A stretch of DNA of 63,835 bases, counting the filler, from Octopus bimaculoides (Eukaryota): the NCBI RefSeq assembly GCF_001194135.2. It is 10 parts of 10 records of this genome, joined end to end, with 100 filler letters (N's around TTAATTAATTAA, not from the genome) between each part and the next. Parts side by side here need not be neighbours in the genome. Positions count along the whole stretch, not along the records: positions 51,324 to 55,919 come from NC_068993.1; positions 56,020 to 58,119 come from NW_026341307.1; positions 58,220 to 61,235 come from NW_026308274.1; positions 61,336 to 62,696 come from NW_026295301.1; positions 62,797 to 63,835 come from NW_026361403.1; 5 more parts are not named here. One strand, given 5' to 3'. The position numbers and the translations under genes were made by a program. This document shows positions 52,401 to 63,835 of this stretch, piece by piece. The notes under the pieces were generated by a model. The model saw only the letters and a program-made list of their open reading frames with translations, ran no database searches and had not been told where the DNA came from. Position 1 is the first letter of the stretch; each line of letters starts with the position of its first letter.

Positions 52401-52607
52401 CTCCTCCCCCAAATTCCAAGCTTTGTGCCTATAATAGAAAGGATTATTATCATTAATACGGCGTCGAACTGGCAGAGTCCTTAGCACGCCGGGCCAAATG
52501 CTTAGCGGTGTTCCGTCCATCTTTAGGTTCTGACTTCAAATTTCGCAGTCTAACGCTTGAAACAAGTATTTTATATGTGCGTACATTTGTGTGTGTGTGC
52601 GCGCGCG

Positions 52608-52640
<33 letters not shown>

Positions 52641-54415
52641 ATTCACAATTAATAATCCTTTCAGCTTAAGAACCTGAAAATTTCATGAAAACTGAAAGGA
52701 CAAGAGCGAATATGATAATCACTCCCAGCAATGTTAAATAAAGCACTTCTGTCGTTAATACGTACCATAACCCATGCGCACAAGGACACGTAGACATATA
52801 CAAGCACACACATGACAGCATATGCATGAGCATACATACACAGAACGTACGTACATGTCTCTCGCTCACACTCACATTCTCTCTCTCACTTTCCTTGTCT
52901 CTCTCTGTCTCTGTCAGTGTACATACACAAGCGCGCGCACACACACACACACGCACACACATACATATATACATATATCCGCAGACATGCATATGTATGT
53001 ATATCATGATATTTATAGACACATTGCTTGAAATATATTTCTTGACATAAACATGCACACAGAGGCTCACTTGCTCGCTCACACATGCACTTAGTTTTGT
53101 GTTATGACGGAGAAAAAAAAAACGTTTGTTACGAAATCATGTTCTGTGACGTCATGCAAGTCACGTAGGTGTGATACGACAGCCATATTCTTTGTCGTAC
53201 TACAATTATATATATGTAACTAATTGTTATTTCTTCCTATTTCCTTGATAAACCACCTTTGAATATCTTTACCGCCTTTCTTTAATTCACACCACTTTCT
53301 TCTCGGGCAAGAGAACAAAACGTAATTATCAACACACGCTTGTAACAATTCACTTTCTTTTGTTGTGCTTTGAGCACCAGGTTAAACAATACTTAATGAA
53401 TATACTAGCAAAATATGTTAATGTAATGTAATACAATGCATTGCGTAAGCAGGTCGGCAAACTTACATCTATGATCGATATGCTGTTTTACAGAACATCG
53501 ACGCATAAAGAAAGAGAGAGAGTGGGGGGNNNNNNNNNNGGGGGGGGGGGGAGTCTGGAATGGAAAGAGAAAGACAGTGAAAGCCGTTATTGTGATTCTT
53601 AAATGAAATAATTAAATGTCTATTGGCGTGTATTTAAAACACTTCGAAGGAGATTTAACACTCCCAGGCACAGACATGTACAAATCCATCAAAAAAATCT
53701 TATAGATACAGACGGACTCTCACCTTTCTCTTACTACACCTCCCATACGCTCACACACGCACACACACGCACATATATGCACGAAAAAAATATATACATA
53801 TATTTTTATAACAAATATACACGTAAATGCACACACGCACAAACATACTCACGTACGCGTGCACACACGTTCACGTGCGAGTAGACATATATATGAACAA
53901 ATATGTCTGCATTACAAAATGTTTTTGTACGTGCAAATGTTATTTGTTTCATACATTTATTAATATCATTTTACGCAGTTGCGTATGTGTGTGTATGTGT
54001 CAGTACGTGTGTGTATGTGTGTGTATGTGTATGTGTGTGTGTGTGTGCTTGCGTTTGTATATATAAGCAAGGTACCTAGTTGCAAAATCTCAAGAAGGCA
54101 ACGGAGGAGTAACTATTCTATCAAGTAAAGTCAATCGACACATCACAATGTCTGTTCTATGTTTCTACTAGTTTAACTCCAGGAAGACCTTCCACCAGCT
54201 GGTTATCGGTGCAGCGCTGCACTCTTTATATCAGTATATACTGCTAGAAGGGGGATCGAACCTCTGCCGTCCTCCAGCAGACAACAGGGTGGCGAGACTG
54301 ACTCAGTTCGGAGCTGGTTGGCATCATCCTGAGTCACGAGCATCTGGTTGCCAGAGCGATAGTGACCAATGGTGGCTTTGTTTATAATATATTGCTGGCT
54401 GGAGCGAGGCCTGGT

Positions 54416-54487
54416 TACCCGTCTGGCGACCCGTCTGGCGACCCGTCTGGCGACCCGTCTGGCGACCCGTCTGGCGACCCGTCTGGC
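54416..54487 (+). repeat. GC-rich 12-bp minisatellite (gacccgtctggc)x6, running into a gap
   Basis: Directly visible, near-perfect units. Confidence 0.95.
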
Positions 54488-54808
54488 NNNNNNNNNNNNN
54501 NNNNNNNNNNNNNNNNNNNNNNNNNNNNNNNNNNNNNNNNNNNNNNNNNNNNNNNNNNNNNNNNNNNNNNNNNNNNNNNNNNNNNNNNNNNNNNNNNNNN
54601 NNNNNNNNNNNNNNNNNNNNNNNNNNNNNNNNNNNNNNNNNNNNNNNNNNNNNNNNNNNNNNNNNNNNNNNNNNNNNNNNNNNNNNNNNNNNNNNNNNNN
54701 NNNNNNNNNNNNNNNNNNNNNNNNNNNNNNNNNNNNNNNNNNNNNNNNNNNNNNNNNNNNNNNNNNNNNNNNNNNNNNNNNNNNNNNNNNNNNNNNNNNN
54801 NNNNNNNN

Positions 54809-54845
<37 letters not shown>

Positions 54846-54852
<7 letters not shown>

Positions 54853-55055
54853 GGGAAATTCTCTTAAACAGGGTATTCCATCATCAAAAAGAAGGTGTGT
54901 ATACAAGAAAGTTCCAGACAGATAATTCTATCTTTATTCTTCTATCTACTGCTTTATTCTTTTATATGCGGTGAATTATCTGTCTGGAACTTTCCTGTAT
55001 ATACACCTTCTTTCTGATGACGGAATACCCTGTTTAAGAGAATGTTCCCCCTATA
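54846..55055. repeat. About 83-bp inverted repeats (54846-54928 / 54973-55055)
   Basis: attctcttaaacagggtattcc.tcatca.aaagaaggtgt.tataca.gaaagttccagacagataattc versus its complement, with a few mismatches. Confidence 0.88.
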
Positions 55056-55085
55056 CCTGGGATATCCCAGAAACAGCTGTAAGAC
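55009..55085 (+). ncRNA. Candidate minimal hammerhead motif with palindromic AGCT loop
   Basis: tcttt CTGATGA [49-nt imperfect stem II: cggaataccc...gggatatccca] GAAAC agct GTA agac. The ACAGCTGT palindrome is characteristic of dimerising PLE hammerheads; stem I is weak. Confidence 0.55.
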
Positions 55086-55882
55086 ATTAAAAACTTCTCC
55101 ATTTTTTTTATTCACCTTACTCTAATTAAATCCTCTAAATGACCTGTAAAACTCGTCCTGTCTTGGTCTTGTTTCCTTTTCCTTTAATATACACCTGCTG
55201 ACTCGGAACATAGTACGAATCCCTAGCTCCAACCTCAGATGTGAGCGTGGAACCTAACGGATGACAAATTATAGCACTTACACAAGGTGTCTATAGGTTT
55301 AGATCATCAGTGAACTAAACACCACGTATTCCATATATTTATAAACATATATAGAAAGAGAATCAGAGAGGAAGGTAGTAACTTCCTTATATGTTCAAAA
55401 ATACATGCTCCAGTGAATCTCCAGAATAATTGTCTTGATACGAAATAGATGTAATACGGGCGAGGTGATTAAAAGTATTTTTCAAAATTACAGTAGGTTA
55501 CTAGCGGACTATAATTCATTATTAACCTACTGTAATTTTGAAGAAAAACTTACAGCTATATCGTATTAAGTCTATTATTGTGGATGTTCATGGAGGCATC
55601 TATTTATCAATATGTAAGGAACCTCTCTCTCTTTCTCTCTCTCTCTATCCATCTCTGCATATATATATATATATGGTCTGGGTATAGACCCAGACCATAT
55701 AGACCCAGACTGGGCGAAACCTATCAAAGTTATACACACACACACACACACACATACACACACACACACACATATACATACATATTTGCCACATGGGATA
55801 AGCATATTGAAATTTGGTAAGAGAGTTAAACTTTCTTATCCTCTAACATTTTTGCATATATATATGTATATATGTATATATG

Positions 55883-55919
<37 letters not shown>

Positions 55920-56199
55920 NNNNNNNNNNNNNNNNNNNNNNNNNNNNNNNNNNNNNNNNNNNNTTAATTAATTAANNNNNNNNNNNNNNNNNNNNNNNNN
56001 NNNNNNNNNNNNNNNNNNNAATTAGGGCTTTGTGCTAGAGTAGAAAAAGAATAAATTTGTTTTCTTTGATGATATTGATAAACACTATGTGTTGGTTAAT
56101 TAATAATATAAATAGCTACTCTGTAATGATGTATCCAATTAACGTAGGAAAACCAAGTCACAAGGAAAACTGTATTAGATAAGAGAACAGAAAATCTAC

Positions 56200-56625
56200 C
56201 AGAGCGTGAAGCATTCATCACTTTGAGAGACTATACGATAGACTTTGCTAATAACCCTAGTTATAGGCTAATAAACCCGGAGAAAACGAAAATAGGATTG
56301 ATAAGCAAGAACATCTTCAGAAAAATCAATATTAACACAAGGAACAAAATAAGACTCTAAAAGAAAAGCAACTTATTTTGAAATATTGAAAATAAGACTG
56401 AGGCCAAATCCATTCAGCTATATAGCAAAGATTTAGGACACAATGCTGGAAATAGATAAAGGTGTCAAATTCGCCAGTATGTTCACATGTGGAAACGAAA
56501 TGGATGTGCACACATGCAAAACGTTACTCTTTGATAATGAATCAGAGCTCACCATTATATTTGACTTAAGTATGCAAAACAGTGTAAACATATGTGAAAT
56601 GGTTGACCTATATAGGAAGTTTTAA
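56200..56625 (+). mobile_element. Degenerate Penelope-like element reverse transcriptase fragment
   Basis: EAFITLRDYTIDFANNPSYRLINPEKTKIGLISKNIFRKIN, then ORF 56443-56625 KGVKFASMF...HTCKTLLFDN...FDLSMQNSVNICEMVDLY. Resembles the PLE RT motifs LKDHKxNFxNNPxCRLINP...ISK and FDVTMGSxDGAEICELVGLY. Confidence 0.7.
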
Positions 56626-57111
56626 AAGATAAATTCACTGATTCCAACATGAGCGTATAAGGAGAGCGTATAAAGAGAGCGTATAAGGAGAGGAAATGTT
56701 AGCACTGTAGCATTTGTAATAGTCAAACGCACTAGAAAACTAGATAGCTATAAGAAAGTCGACATACGCACCTTAGATATATTATAAATATTTTATAAAT
56801 CTTGTCTTATGTGTCGGTCAATAGAGTACATAGAGATACATATATGTGTATACACACACACAGGCACACATACACATATATATATATATTTATATATATA
56901 GATATATATAAATTTAAGTCACCATATATGAATTCAACTAATCCGGTGTTACTCATAAAAACGCTCCTTAATGTCTCATCTTACAAAACAAAATATTTAG
57001 TAGGATACAAGAGAAAAACCTAAGGAGTGTATAAAGTATTGCTTTAAAAGATTATTTATATAAAGATTATCTATATTAAGACAGACAAACAGATAGACAG
57101 ATAGACAGACT

Positions 57112-57147
<36 letters not shown>

Positions 57148-57452
57148 AATAGATAGATAGATACATACATACATACATATATACATACATACATACACGC
57201 ACAGACAGGTACTCATTTCATGAACATATTCCGAAAAAGATGTATAGAAATATCTATATCTATAAGCATAGGTGCTCATACATATATATATATACATACA
57301 TAGAAGCATACATACAGACATATACACCCACCCACAAGCACACACTCACATATGTTAGATATATGTATGTACGTGCATGTGTGCGCATATACATTTGTGT
57401 ATACGTATGTATTGGTGTAAATGCATGTATGGATATATGTGTGTATTTGTGC

Positions 57453-57541
<89 letters not shown>

Positions 57542-59024
57542 TATATATATATATACACGGAGATAAACATATATACATTCATAGTTATATGTATAGATAA
57601 TGAACACAAATGTAATAATCATGCGAATATATCTAAAGTAGTTTATTCACATCATGCATCTTACTTGGTAAACGTGAAATTAATTAATATTTCCAGCAAT
57701 AAGTTTAACGAATCTTTAATGATGACTCAAGCAAAAATCACACTTGGAAATATACTTGTTTTATATACTGGTTTCCTAGTTTAGCACAAGGCCAGCAATA
57801 AATGGGAGGAGTAAGTCAATTACATTGACCCCAGTGTTCAAGTAGTACTAATGTTATCAACCCTGAAAGGCAAAAGTTGACTTAAAACATTAAGTCGTGA
57901 AAAATTTTGAACTTAAAACGTTAAATCGGAAAAAATACCGCTGAGCATTTTTCCCGGTGTGGTAATGATCTTGTCAGCTCATTACTTTATGCTCATTTTA
58001 TATATTAATGCATGTTTTGCAAATATTAGATATATCTATTTTGGACACATGGTCCTGTTTATAGAACGCGCAACAGTATAGCGAAGAACGTCATATATAT
58101 ATATATATATTTATATATANNNNNNNNNNNNNNNNNNNNNNNNNNNNNNNNNNNNNNNNNNNNTTAATTAATTAANNNNNNNNNNNNNNNNNNNNNNNNN
58201 NNNNNNNNNNNNNNNNNNNGGTGGTGATTGTGGTGGTGGTGGTGGTTATGGTGGTGGTGGTGGTGGTGATTGTGGTGGCGGTGGTGGTTGTGGTAATGGT
58301 GATTGTGGATGTGGTGGTGATGGTGGTGGTGGTGGTGGTGGTAGTGGTGGAAGTGGTAGTCATGATGGGTGTGGCTGTTTGGTTTGTTCCCCCATCATAC
58401 AACAATGAGGATTCAGTTGTTTGATCTCAACAGAATTACCTGCCTTTGAATTAACATCTCAGTGGCTGAGTACTCCACAGATACATGTACCTGCGCTAAC
58501 TCTTCGAAGCGCCAGTGTTATAATGGTGGCAGCTGATGAAGGAAATGTTCTCTATGTGGCCTGTGTGTTTTCTGTACCTTGTTTATCATTTTGTCCATGT
58601 TTTTTAGCAACGTCATGTACCAAGATATGCATCTATATATACATGTAGATGAAGGTATGTACTTACATGTACATACATATGCATATACTCATTTATTATA
58701 TATATATGTATGTGTGTGTGTGTGTGGGTGTGTGTATGCATGTATGTATGTGTAGAATGTTAGGTGTGGTGTGCAGAAATTGAATATTGAGAAAAAAGGT
58801 TGCCAGAATTTTGGAAAAAAAATCTTTTTATTTCTTCATTATCTTTAGCATTTTCGTTCATTTCTCAAACTTGTCAAATAGGATTTTCTGAAAGTACAAA
58901 CAGTTTCGTCATTTATATAAAACAGATGTTTTTGGGAGGTTTTGTTTGGAAGAGGAGAACATTGTTTTTGTACTTTGGGGGTGAATTTCCATGACAATGA
59001 AGATAGATAGATAGAAAGAGAGAC

Positions 59025-59079
<55 letters not shown>

Positions 59080-59104
59080 CAGAAAGAGAGACAGAAAGAG
59101 AGAC

Positions 59105-59155
<51 letters not shown>

Positions 59156-59803
59156 GAGACAGAAAGAGAGACAGATAGATAGATAGATAGACAGGTAAAG
59201 AGAGGGAGAGAGAGACAAGTAATGAGGGAGACCTCTACACAGTGGCTAATCAAGCTAAAAATAGCAGTCAAATCTCCTTCAAAAAATACATCCTATGTTC
59301 TATGTATGCATAACCTTCCTTTGGCATTCAGATTAAATCTGTCAAATGTAATGCTTATTTATTATTTTGAATTAATCATGGATTATCTCATAGCTTTGAG
59401 ATTTCAATGATGTGATTGTTTATTTTCAGAATGACATTGTAGGGTAGGTGTGAGAGGCTAGCCATAGCAGGTTTGAACATAAGATGGAATACTCCGACAG
59501 GAAATGGCTGCTTTCAATGCCAAAGAGTTAAGCTTAGATAATTTCTGTTTAGTTTCTGGTTTAATAATTGTCACAGTCTTTGCATGAGATTTTGTTATGA
59601 ATAGAAAGCAATGCTGTTGAATAAGAGTCTTTTATAAATATTTGGACCTAAACTATAGAAATTGTTGCTGTTATTAGGAATGGTTTCATGTACCAATGTA
59701 ACAATAAATTATACAACCGACTGAATGACCATTTTGTAGCTCAACACCTGACTGTATGTGGGGAGGGGGATATGTGTGCGCGTGTGTATCTGCGTAAAAA
59801 TAC

Positions 59804-59844
<41 letters not shown>

Positions 59845-59847
<3 letters not shown>

Positions 59848-59986
59848 CCTTTTACTTGTTTCGGCCATTTGACTGTAGCCATGCTGGATCACCGCCTTTA
59901 GTCAAGCAAATCGACCCCAGGACTTAATCTTTGTAAGTCTAGCACTTATTCTATCGGTCTCTTGTGCCGAACCGTTAATGTTACGG
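59845..59986 (-). mobile_element. SINE family A 3' part
   Basis: Reverse-complement tail, truncated by a gap. Confidence 0.75.
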
Positions 59987-60613
59987 NNNNNNNNNNNNNN
60001 NNNNNNNNNNNNNNNNNNNNNNNNNNNNNNNNNNNNNNNNNNNNNNNNNNNNNNNNNNNNNNNNNNNNNNNNNNNNNNNNNNNNNNNNNNNNNNNNNNNN
60101 NNNNNNNNNNNNNNNNNNNNNNNNNNNNNNNNNNNNNNNNNNNNNNNNNNNNNNNNNNNNNNNNNNNNNNNNNNNNNNNNNNNNNNNNNNNNNNNNNNNN
60201 NNNNNNNNNNNNNNNNNNNNNNNNNNNNNNNNNNNNNNNNNNNNNNNNNNNNNNNNNNNNNNNNNNNNNNNNNNNNNNNNNNNNNNNNNNNNNNNNNNNN
60301 NNNNNNNNNNNNNNNNNNNNNNNNNNNNNNNNNNNNNNNNNNNNNNNNNNNNNNNNNNNNNNNNNNNNNNNNNNNNNNNNNNNNNNNNNNNNNNNNNNNN
60401 NNNNNNNNNNNNNNNNNNNNNNNNNNNNNNNNNNNNNNNNNNNNNNNNNNNNNNNNNNNNNNNNNNNNNNNNNNNNNNNNNNNNNNNNNNNNNNNNNNNN
60501 NNNNNNNNNNNNNNNNNNNNNNNNNNNNNNNNNNNNNNNNNNNNNNNNNNNNNNNNNNNNNNNNNNNNNNNNNNNNNNNNNNNNNNNNNNNNNNNNNNNN
60601 NNNNNNNNNNNNN

Positions 60614-61235
60614 GCAAGTTTTGAAGAGTGCAGTTTGATTTTTAACAGTTAATTTTTCAAAGCTATAATGGAAGTGACAAAGGAGCATATTCGGCATATT
60701 TTGCTTTATGAGTTCAATAAAAGCAACAACGCAATGGAAAGTCATATATGGAGATCGGAGAATAAGTGTAAGTCAGTGTCAATGGTGGTTCCAAAGATTG
60801 ACAAGACTCATCCTGGAAGATCTGTAGAGCTCAATGAAGATGTCCTGCAAACCTTGGTGAAACAAAATCCCATCATAACTTTTCAGAAACTAGCAGAGAA
60901 GCTTGGATTTGGTCATTCAACCATTCATCGACACCTGCGTGTCATTGAAAAAGTCAGCAAATTGGGTCAGTGGGTTCCTCACACACTTTCCGAGTCTACT
61001 CACATGCAGAGAGTGAATGTGTGTTCTTCTTTGCTGTCACGTCTCATGAATGAACCTTTTTTTGGACCAAACAGTGACTGGTGACAAGAAATGGGTTCCC
61101 TATAAAAATGTCAAGCGCTGAAGACAATGTATATGGAAAGGAGAAACACCAGCATCGCAGGCTAAAGAAAGTTTACACCCACGTGAGGTGTTGTTATCTG
61201 TATGGTGGGATATGAAAGGTTTAGTCCACTTTGAA
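60614..61235 (+). mobile_element. mariner transposase pseudogene (5' two-thirds, cut by gaps)
   Basis: MEVTKEHIRHILLYEF...GFGHSTIHRHL...KLGQWVPHTL (WVPHEL motif). After a frameshift: VTGDKKWVPYKN...LHPREVLLSVWWD. Deletions and stops present. Confidence 0.92.
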
Positions 61236-61335
61236 NNNNNNNNNNNNNNNNNNNNNNNNNNNNNNNNNNNNNNNNNNNNTTAATTAATTAANNNNNNNNN
61301 NNNNNNNNNNNNNNNNNNNNNNNNNNNNNNNNNNN

Positions 61336-61376
<41 letters not shown>

Positions 61377-61869
61377 GTGAGAGAGTAGTGCATGTCATCA
61401 AAGTGATCTGGGGTAAAATATACGTAGCCCAGTATACCCATCATGACTAACCGTATGATAAGGGTACGCCAAGCACATGCATCACGACCATATGTGAGTG
61501 ACATGGTGATATCATATCAAGATAAACAGCTCATGACCTTGCAGTAGGGTCCCGGGTAAAATTTTTTCTCCAGGTCGAGTAGCCCATCCCGCTCAAAAGG
61601 TCCCCCTCAAAAGGTCGTTTAAGGATGTTGAACGAAACACCCATGCTTCCAAAGGTAAATTATCCAAACCCCAAAGAATTCCTCTCAACACATGGTTATG
61701 ATGCTCCCCTATTACTTCTGCTCGAGATCAGAGATGCACACATCGTTAGCGACTAAGATCTTTTGTCTTATATTTATCCCCAGTTTTTCTGGTTCTCACC
61801 TCATAAATTTTCAAACACCTTACATTGTGTTAGAGCTTAGCACTAGGCTAATCATGCGCCACTCAGGCT

Positions 61870-62190
61870 TATTCATGAAAATCCAGTCACATATAGAAAA
61901 ATTTAATAAGTAAATACACTAAAAACAACTTTAATAAAATGCACAGTAAAAATTATTAAAATAATAATTATTATTTTAATAATTTATTATTCTAATAATT
62001 ATTACTATTTTTATTATTATTTTTCTATATGTGACTGTGGATTTTCGTGGATGAGTTCAGGAATTGTGGTTCTTTTCTCTAAATTATGTATTTATATATT
62101 ATATACTGTGAAACTTAATTTAATCTTAATTTTGTTAAATTAAATTAAATTGAGTTTTTACTTGTAAATTTGGATTTTTAACCCTAATAT
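61870..62190. mobile_element. AT-rich foldback repeat family, copy 2
   Basis: Shares arms and the taaatttggattttta(a/t)ccctaa end with 38673-39115. Confidence 0.65.
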
Positions 62191-63311
62191 TATTATCATT
62201 ATATATATAAATATATATATTGTATATCATATAGTATATATATATATAGTTTATATATCATTTTGTATATATATCATTTAGCCTTTACAGGAAAGGATTT
62301 AATTTTTGATTTGTTATAATTTTGATGAAGACTTATTCTTTTCTTGTGGATAGTTTGGTTCAAAAATATATGTTTGTTTTGACGAAGTTTAGTGCTTTGG
62401 TTGATTGGCTTCTTGGTGACGACCATGGTCAAGGAATAAGTTCGGATTGGTTGTAGGTTTCGTGACGTCACTTTCCTCTGATCAAGAATATTTTCCGTTT
62501 CGGACAACCTATTTTTGGTTTTGTTAAGTTCAGCGTACTGCTTGGTTGACTTCCTGGTCGGGGCTCGTCCTTTCCACACACACACACATACACACACACA
62601 CGTATATATATATATAAAAATCTTATTTTGTCCACGTTTTTTTTTAAACGTCCTGTACCCAGATATGCATCTATATATACATGTAAATGTAGGTATNNNN
62701 NNNNNNNNNNNNNNNNNNNNNNNNNNNNNNNNNNNNNNNNTTAATTAATTAANNNNNNNNNNNNNNNNNNNNNNNNNNNNNNNNNNNNNNNNNNNNATAT
62801 ACACACACACACAGAGACATATATATATTGTATCTGGGGAGAATCATTCTCATTTAGTGCCTTATTATTCAACACACCGGTAAAGTTTCCACTCATTTAT
62901 TTATTTTCCCTAAAATTTTCGTTGCGTCTTGCAACCCTTTCAATAGTCGTTGACTCTGTTATCTGAGCTGCGTTCTTTTTGTTTTTTTGTGTGCATGTGT
63001 GTGCGTCAGTGTGTATGCATATATACATATATGTATGTATGCATGCATCTAAGTATGTTTATGCATGCATGTATGTGTGTGCATATGTATATATTGGTGT
63101 GTACGTTTGTATGTATGTATTCTGCATATTCATGTTTGTGTGTTTGCATGTATGTGTGTGTACTTCTGTTTCCTTGTGTATGCATGTCTAAGTGTGTGTG
63201 TGTTTGGGTTTTTGTGACTATGTACTGTGTCTGTATATATGGACATGTGTCTCCATATGTGTCCTTGTGTGAAGTGAAGTGTGTGTGTGTATGACATTAA
63301 CTGTAGAACTA

Positions 63312-63606
63312 GAAATGTAGTCTACAGCATAAGATTCATAGAAGGTGCTTGTAAAGACATGAACATGACATATATGGGGAGACATCTAGGAGCATTGCGG
63401 AAAGACTAAATGAACATTTGAGACAACAAAAAAACAGTCCTCCATACTCTACCAACATGCTAAGGACCAACATGGAGGCAACCTGGGTCAACTTGACATC
63501 CGCATTTTATCCAAGCACCCAAAGGACCCAACCCTCAGACAAATACAAGAATACATCCTCATAAATGAAACATCCCCAGTACAAAATAGGAAATATACGT
63601 AGTAGG
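63312..63606 (+). mobile_element. Penelope-like element GIY-YIG endonuclease fragment (second family)
   Basis: NVVYSIR...C...MTY.GETSRSIAERLNEHLRQ...LYQHAKDQH...LRQIQEYILINETSPVQNRKYT*, read across two frameshifts. Confidence 0.78.
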
Positions 63607-63835
63607 TAATCATACCGCCATACCCACAGTTTATATACAGGTAGAAGAGTTAGTGGACTGTTATGTAGATGTATGTATATGTATATGCACATGTATGTAG
63701 GCAAATGGATATGAATGTAAACTGATAGACATACAGACAGATAGGTTTATAGGTAATATGAACAGATAAACACACATACGCAATGGAAAACTGAAACACA
63801 TGACCATATACACACACACTTCACTTCACACAAGG

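Noticed and set aside
54416-54487. CRISPR-like or coding (GDPS)n interpretation of the 12-bp repeat
   Set aside because: Contiguous identical units without spacers in a eukaryotic context; the ORF is only an artefact of the repeat and the adjoining gap.
58530-58560. Isolated CTGATGA boxes (also 7385, 15172, 16078, 42280, 55305)
   Set aside because: No downstream stem II plus GAAA plus UH arrangement; a 7-mer is expected by chance several times in 64 kb.
22249-62752. Identical TTAATTAATTAA 12-mers inside N runs (22249, 26660, 40711, 48738, 51268, 55964, 58164, 61280, 62741)
   Set aside because: Each sits in a ~100-bp block of Ns and gives stops in all six frames. This is a scaffolding linker marking joins of unknown size, not biology.

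Overview
AT-rich, gap-ridden eukaryotic genomic DNA dense in microsatellites and SINEs. The repeat families look octopod/cephalopod (recalled, not searched). The only host coding sequence I can support is three consecutive + strand exons (2839-2911, 4173-4267, 5196-5285) encoding the C-terminal end of the BEACH domain of neurobeachin (NBEA/LRBA/rugose family); the second exon needs a GC-AG intron. No downstream WD40 exon was recognised in the remaining ~58 kb. That stretch is either a very long intron or sequence joined across scaffolding gaps (nine 100-bp N-TTAATTAATTAA-N linkers). The rest is transposon debris: several tRNA-SINE families, RTE 3' fragments, an R4/Dong-like fragment, a LINE ORF1 zinc-knuckle fragment, a mariner transposase, piggyBac-type MITEs and Penelope-like element (PLE) RT and GIY-YIG fragments. 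The most interesting layer is a set of minimal type I hammerhead-ribozyme motifs from at least five unrelated repeat families, most inside inverted repeats. One is fused to a tRNA-derived head, and two share a non-canonical CUGUUGA core. Repeat boundaries are approximate, read by eye.
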